Positions 53,856-64,000 of a DNA stretch of 64,000 nt are shown here, piece by piece. The DNA comes from Macrostomum lignano. Its lineage: Eukaryota. The stretch spans positions 62,001 through 126,000 of the forward strand of contig NIVC01000059.1 in the NCBI GenBank assembly GCA_002269645.1, given 5' to 3'. Position numbers and translations under genes: made by a program. Numbering within the stretch: the stretch's first letter is position 1; each line of letters opens with the position of its first letter. The notes beneath the pieces were generated by a model, which did no database searches, was not told the DNA's origin, and saw nothing but the letters and a program-made list of their open reading frames with translations.

Positions 53856-53943
53856 GTGATTCCTAAGATAGATAGAGGGTGATTCTTAAGGGAGATAGAG
53901 GGTGATTCTTAAGGGAGATAGAGGGCGATTCTTAAAGGAGATT
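53856..53943. repeat. 23-bp unit (gattcttaagggagatagagggt), about 3.7 copies
   Basis: Direct inspection. Confidence 0.8.
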
Positions 53944-54738
53944 TGATTACACCAAAAAATATATTTGAAATTAACCACAGACAGCCGCACAAAACGATAA
54001 GTAGGTATTGACGTAAAATATGGAGAATCAGGCTAAATATTTTTCATCAAACTGAAAACAGAGCCTACAGTTACAACAGCTAGAAATTGTCTCAGTCCGC
54101 AAAAGCAAACAAACTAAAAGCATCTTGTGCCGAAATTAAGCAAATTGGTATCAAGTCGAATGAATCAGATATTCTCACACAGGTACAAAAACTGCCACTG
54201 GAACTTCACGGATTAATTGGACATTGAAGTTTGTAAATTAAATTTTTCTCTTTTTTTAGCATAAAAGCAAAAGACCTAAACAAATGTACACACTAAAGAG
54301 ACCAGTTATATGCTAACAGCTAGCTAACAGCAGGTCAATGTCAGAGGAATAAGAGATAAAAGGCACACAATACGGATGAGCTAGATATGACTGCCCTACA
54401 GACAATCAAAGTTTGACATTCAAGTAATGGATGGCGTTATATAGGGTTTGGCAGTGGGACACAACCAAGTAATTTTTGTTAATTTCTCGATTCTAATAGT
54501 TAGGGAAAAGTTTTAATAACCACTTTAAATATAAATATCGGTTATGTCGGTTAATTTTCTAATCGAGCACCTTAAGAACGTGAAATGATTTTCAACATTA
54601 ATTTGCGTTACCATTGCGCAGAATTTTTTCAAGCGAATAAGAAATATTAATGAACACAGCACAATAACCGCTGGCAAATTAGAATACACATTAAGGGCTG
54701 TTTTAACAGCTTATTTAAAGAGGCCAGTCAAGACACCA

Positions 54739-55888
54739 TTAATGTCTCAAATGTGTCTCGTTAATGTCTCAAATGTGTCTCGTTAATGTGTCTCAAATGT
54801 GTCTCGTTAATGTGTCTCGTTAATGTGTCTCAAATGTGTCTAGTTAATGTGTCTCGTTAATGTGTCTTAAATGTGTTTCGTTAATGTGTCTCGTTAATGT
54901 GTCTAGTTAATGTGTCTCGTTAATGTGTCTCAAATTTGTTTCGTTAATGTGTCTCGTTAATGTGTCTAGTTAATGTGTCTCGTTAATGTCTCAAATGTGT
55001 CTAGTTAATGTGTCTCGTTAATGTGTCTCAAATGTGTCTAGTTAATGTGTCTCGTTAATGTGTCTCAAATGTGTTTCGTTAATGTGTCTAGTTAATGTGT
55101 CTAGTTAATGTGTCTCGTTAATGTAACACAAATTTGTTTCGTTAATGTGTCTCGTTAATGTGTCTAGTTAATGTGTCTCGTTAATGTGTCTCAAATGTGT
55201 TTCGTTAATGTGTCTCAAATGTGTCTAGTTAATGTATCTCGTTAATGTGTCTCAAATGTGTTTCGTTAATGTGTCTCGTTAATGTGTCTCGTTAATGTGT
55301 CTCAAATTTGTTTCGTTAATGTGTCTCGTTAATGTGTCTAGTTAATGTGTCTCGTTAATGTGTCTCAAATGTGTCTAGTTAATGTGTCTCGTTAATGTGT
55401 CTCAAATGTGTTTCGTTAATGTGTCTCGTTAATGTGTCTAGTTAATGTGTCTCAAATGTGTTTCGTTAATGTGTCTCAAATGTGTTTCGTTAATGTGTCT
55501 CAAATGTGTCTCGTTAATGTGTCTCAAATGTGTTTCGTTAATGTGTCTCGTTAATGTGTCTCGTTAATGTGTCTCAAATGTGTTTCGTTAATGTGTCTCG
55601 TTAATGTGTCTCAAATGTGTCTCGTTAATGTGTCTCGTTAATGTGTCTCAAATGTGTCTCGTTAATGTGTCTCGTTAATGTGTCTCGTTAATGTGTCTAG
55701 TTAATGTGTCTCAAATGTGTCTCGTTAATGTGTCTCGTTAATGTGTCTAGTTAATGTGTCTCAAATGTGTTTCGTTAATGTGTCTCAAATGTGTCTCGTT
55801 AATGTGTCTCGTTAATGTGTCTCGTTAATGTGTCTGGTTAATGTGTCTCAAACTTGTCTTGCTAAACTGTCTCAAATGTGTCTCAAAC
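54739..55888. repeat. About 13-bp mixed minisatellite (taatgtgtctcgt / aaatgtgtctc variants) just downstream of the MAN1A stop
   Basis: Direct inspection. Confidence 0.94.
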
Positions 55889-56000
55889 GCTCTGAGTACT
55901 TTCCTCATTCGCCATTAAACTGATGACGCCCTCATAAACCGATAGCCTGAGTACATAGATACTAGGGAATTAATCTCAACTTATATTAGCAACAAAAAAA

Positions 56001-61006
<5,006 letters not shown>

Positions 61007-64000
61007 GCTTTCTGTGTGCTCTTTGTTTCAAACTAGTTGGGGACTGGGAGATGAGCAGCAATTGAGAGAGGGGCCCAATTTTCAGCGACTTCAATTGTTG
61101 CCTCCAGTGTGTTATCGCTGGCTGGGCATGCAGTAATTACATACCAACTTTAATTTTACAAAAAATCTATAACTCAATTCTATTGAGTCTGCAGAAATTT
61201 TCAACTTCTGTGTGCCAAAGAGGCTCAGCTGTGTTAGGCATTTTTTTTAATTTATTTGACTGAACCTCAGCTTCTGTGTTTAAATACAGGATGCCAAATG
61301 ATGCCATAATTCTGATAATTATCAAATTTTATAAATATTTATCATAGGACTGCATAACTTATATTACAGGTTTGCCTCAATGAAAGCTTAATAGCTACTA
61401 AGTAATGAAGTTAACAATTGAGATAAGTCTAAAAGGGTTCATTTGTGTTTCTATCAACTTAAGGTGCAATGCAATTTTGCATCAAAGTCTTGCCTATATT
61501 TTAAAGTATTTGACAATATTTGTTTAAGTTTATATTATTATAAATATAATATAGAAGAAAACAGTCCAAAAGATGATCAAATTACTAGGGTGTCACAGAT
61601 GCATTCTATACTATCTGCAGAACAATATTTTTCATATTTAGATTTTTACAACTGTAATAGCCAGTAGCAAGAAGTAACAATGCCCTATCTATGACATTCT
61701 TGCTTGAAATTTGATAACAAATTAAAGATTTTATATATTATTTTTGGGTAAGTTATAAAACTATAAAAATAATTTCAGAGATAGTGCTTATTTACATATT
61801 AAATATCTATATATTGAAGGTCTATGATCATAATAAAAGAGACAAAGATCTAAAGCAAGATTTAGCAAACTTTAGTCTATTTTATCTTTATCTATAAAAT
61901 TTTATCTACAAACTTTATCTATCTGACCTTCAGGAGTTCAAGTCCTTTGAAATTTAACAATAGCAATTTGCCTTGCTTAAGGTTTGCCTTTTCTTAGCTG
62001 TCTTCAGTATTCTCTCTTTTCTTATTTTGTTGCTCTCCTTTTTTTAATCTTTTTCCCTCTATTTTCTTTGTTTCTTCTTTACTTTTATTTTCTCTTCTCT
62101 TCTCTTTCTCTCTCTCTCTCTCTTCTTACATTTCTCTTTTATAATTTGTCCCCTCTTATTTTTCTAGCCTATAATCATATGCTACATTCTATACCTGGCC
62201 TTTAGTTAAAAAGGTTTTCTAACCCTTAGTCTTGAGAGTAAATTAGTTTAAAATAAATTATATACACTTTTCTTTATAGCTATATTGCTTTAGTACACTA
62301 TAAATTAGGGAGAGAGTAAATTTTAATCTCAATTCTATAATCTTAGTCTCCCAATATAACTGTTTTGTTAGACTTTCATATTCTTATTTGAGCTTAGACT
62401 ATTAAAATTATAATCTTAACAAAATATAAATTCTCAATCTTGATATATCCACAGACATTATTCTTAGCTAACCTAATAAATGTCTATATTTGCTATAACT
62501 AGTCCAACCTATTGAAGATCTTATAATAGGAGTTATAATAAATATTTAAAACTTATTTTAACCTAGGCTAGGCCTTAATCTACACTATTTTATAGTTATA
62601 TTTCAAAAACAAAAATACAATTTTCAATATAGATAGTTTATCTTATTTTCTTAAATATAAGTCAAAAGGTCTGGGCATTTTAGAGTTTTATGCTTTATCT
62701 AAATATCTAATAAAGACATAATAGTTAAGGTCATTCAATGGGACTATATGAAACATTTTAAAACTCTAATTTCTTAGCATATAAATTGTGCATTTGTTTT
62801 TAAGACCCTTCTATAAATTATTATTAATTAAAGATTCAAATATATATCTAAATCAAGGATTGGCAACCTTTAGCACAAAGGCTAGATCTAGCCCCCAAAG
62901 GCTTCCAATCTAGCCTTTAAGGTTTTAGATGATCTAGAATTCTATCTGGCCCCAAAACTTGCATTCAACCTTATTCCCTTTTCTCTCTTGCTCTTACTTT
63001 TTATCCCTATTTAAGAAAGATAGGCTACAAGTCTGAATGTTTTGAAAAATGGGTGTATAATAATTGGGGAAAGTTGGAATTGTTGGACTAAGATAAAAAT
63101 AAAACAGGTTTTTGGATCATGACATACATAGTATGATAGACTTTCAATGATTAATGTAAGGATTAAGACAGGATTAAGATAAGGGTTGTAATTATCATCA
63201 ATTTAAAACATGTTTGTTTAGACTGACATGATGCAACTATGGTTTTTCATGTCTATATTATTGGCCCCTAAAAAATAAAAAACTTTTTTTGATGAAAAAT
63301 TTCAATGTCATTAGGTCAAATTTTAAAAAATGATTTTTAATGCTTTTAATGGATGCTCTGTTTCTAAATTTAATTGTTCAGTTCAACTATTTAGGACTTT
63401 CCTTGGCCAATATACAATGTAGAATGTATATTCACAATAAGGTTAAAGAGTTTTATGACCCTTTGCACAATAGGCTCACAATTTGCGGGATTGGTTGAAC
63501 TTTATTATAATTTACCAACCAGTGTAATATAGACAATTGATGAAAGAGTGGGTACATGGGGGTTAAAAAGCTGGACTGAAAATTATCAACCCTAAACTGC
63601 TCTGATCTTGTCTGTCTTATTTTATGAATACAACACTGGGTAGTGCAATAATGTAATTGCAGATAAGGGCAATAGCTAAAATGTGCCCAATTAATTCAGA
63701 TTCATTTGGCAAATTTGTATATAAAATTTATACCAATTGTTAGTAGGTCAAAAAAACTACACCAATTGTTAATAGATGGTCAAATATTCAAAAAGCAAAG
63801 TTTTTAATGCTTTCAATATTTAAATTTTCAATTTGAATGCTTATTGTCAGGGGGTTAGTATTGTAGTATGCTTATATATTTAGCAACATCAAAAAGTTGC
63901 CATCACAAAAGATTCTGTCTATGGTTGCCACTTTTGAGAGTGCAGGTAAAGTCTTTTATCTTTGTGAGTGACACAACTTGCTACATTGTGGCAGGCTTAA

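Noticed and set aside
61100-64000. Possible gene or element in the AT-rich right end (Charlie-like ggattggcaacctt near 62858)
   Set aside because: No recognisable exon and no matching second TIR.

Overview
Eukaryotic (metazoan) genomic DNA, not prokaryotic. GC-rich exons with poly-Ala/Gln/Gly runs, AT-rich spacers and dense simple repeats resemble a free-living flatworm such as Macrostomum; this is an impression only. Five intron-containing housekeeping genes all lie on the minus strand. In transcription order (right to left) they are a GH47 Golgi alpha-1,2-mannosidase (MAN1A-like, 5 exons), a SEC14-like CRAL-TRIO/GOLD protein (4 exons), importin-7/8 (8 exons), Polycomb EED/ESC (4 exons) and the first two exons of SEC22B, which runs off the left edge. 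I built the exon chains by hand from GT-AG sites and reading-frame continuity. The most striking pattern concerns the introns: 16 of the 17 introns in the four complete genes are filled by tandem arrays. Eight of the 17 carry an AGGT-centred direct repeat at both ends. EED intron 1 is largely an amplification of its own exon/donor junction. A 33-bp array upstream of EED could be an exact 58-unit 5'UTR intron. Together these suggest intron birth or growth driven by tandem duplication (inference). Intergenic DNA and some introns also hold non-autonomous mobile elements (Tc1 deletion derivative, hAT MITE, CMC/CACTA-type element, CORE-type SINE, LTR-like repeats) and several hairpins. Most long ORFs in the six-frame track are translations of repeats.
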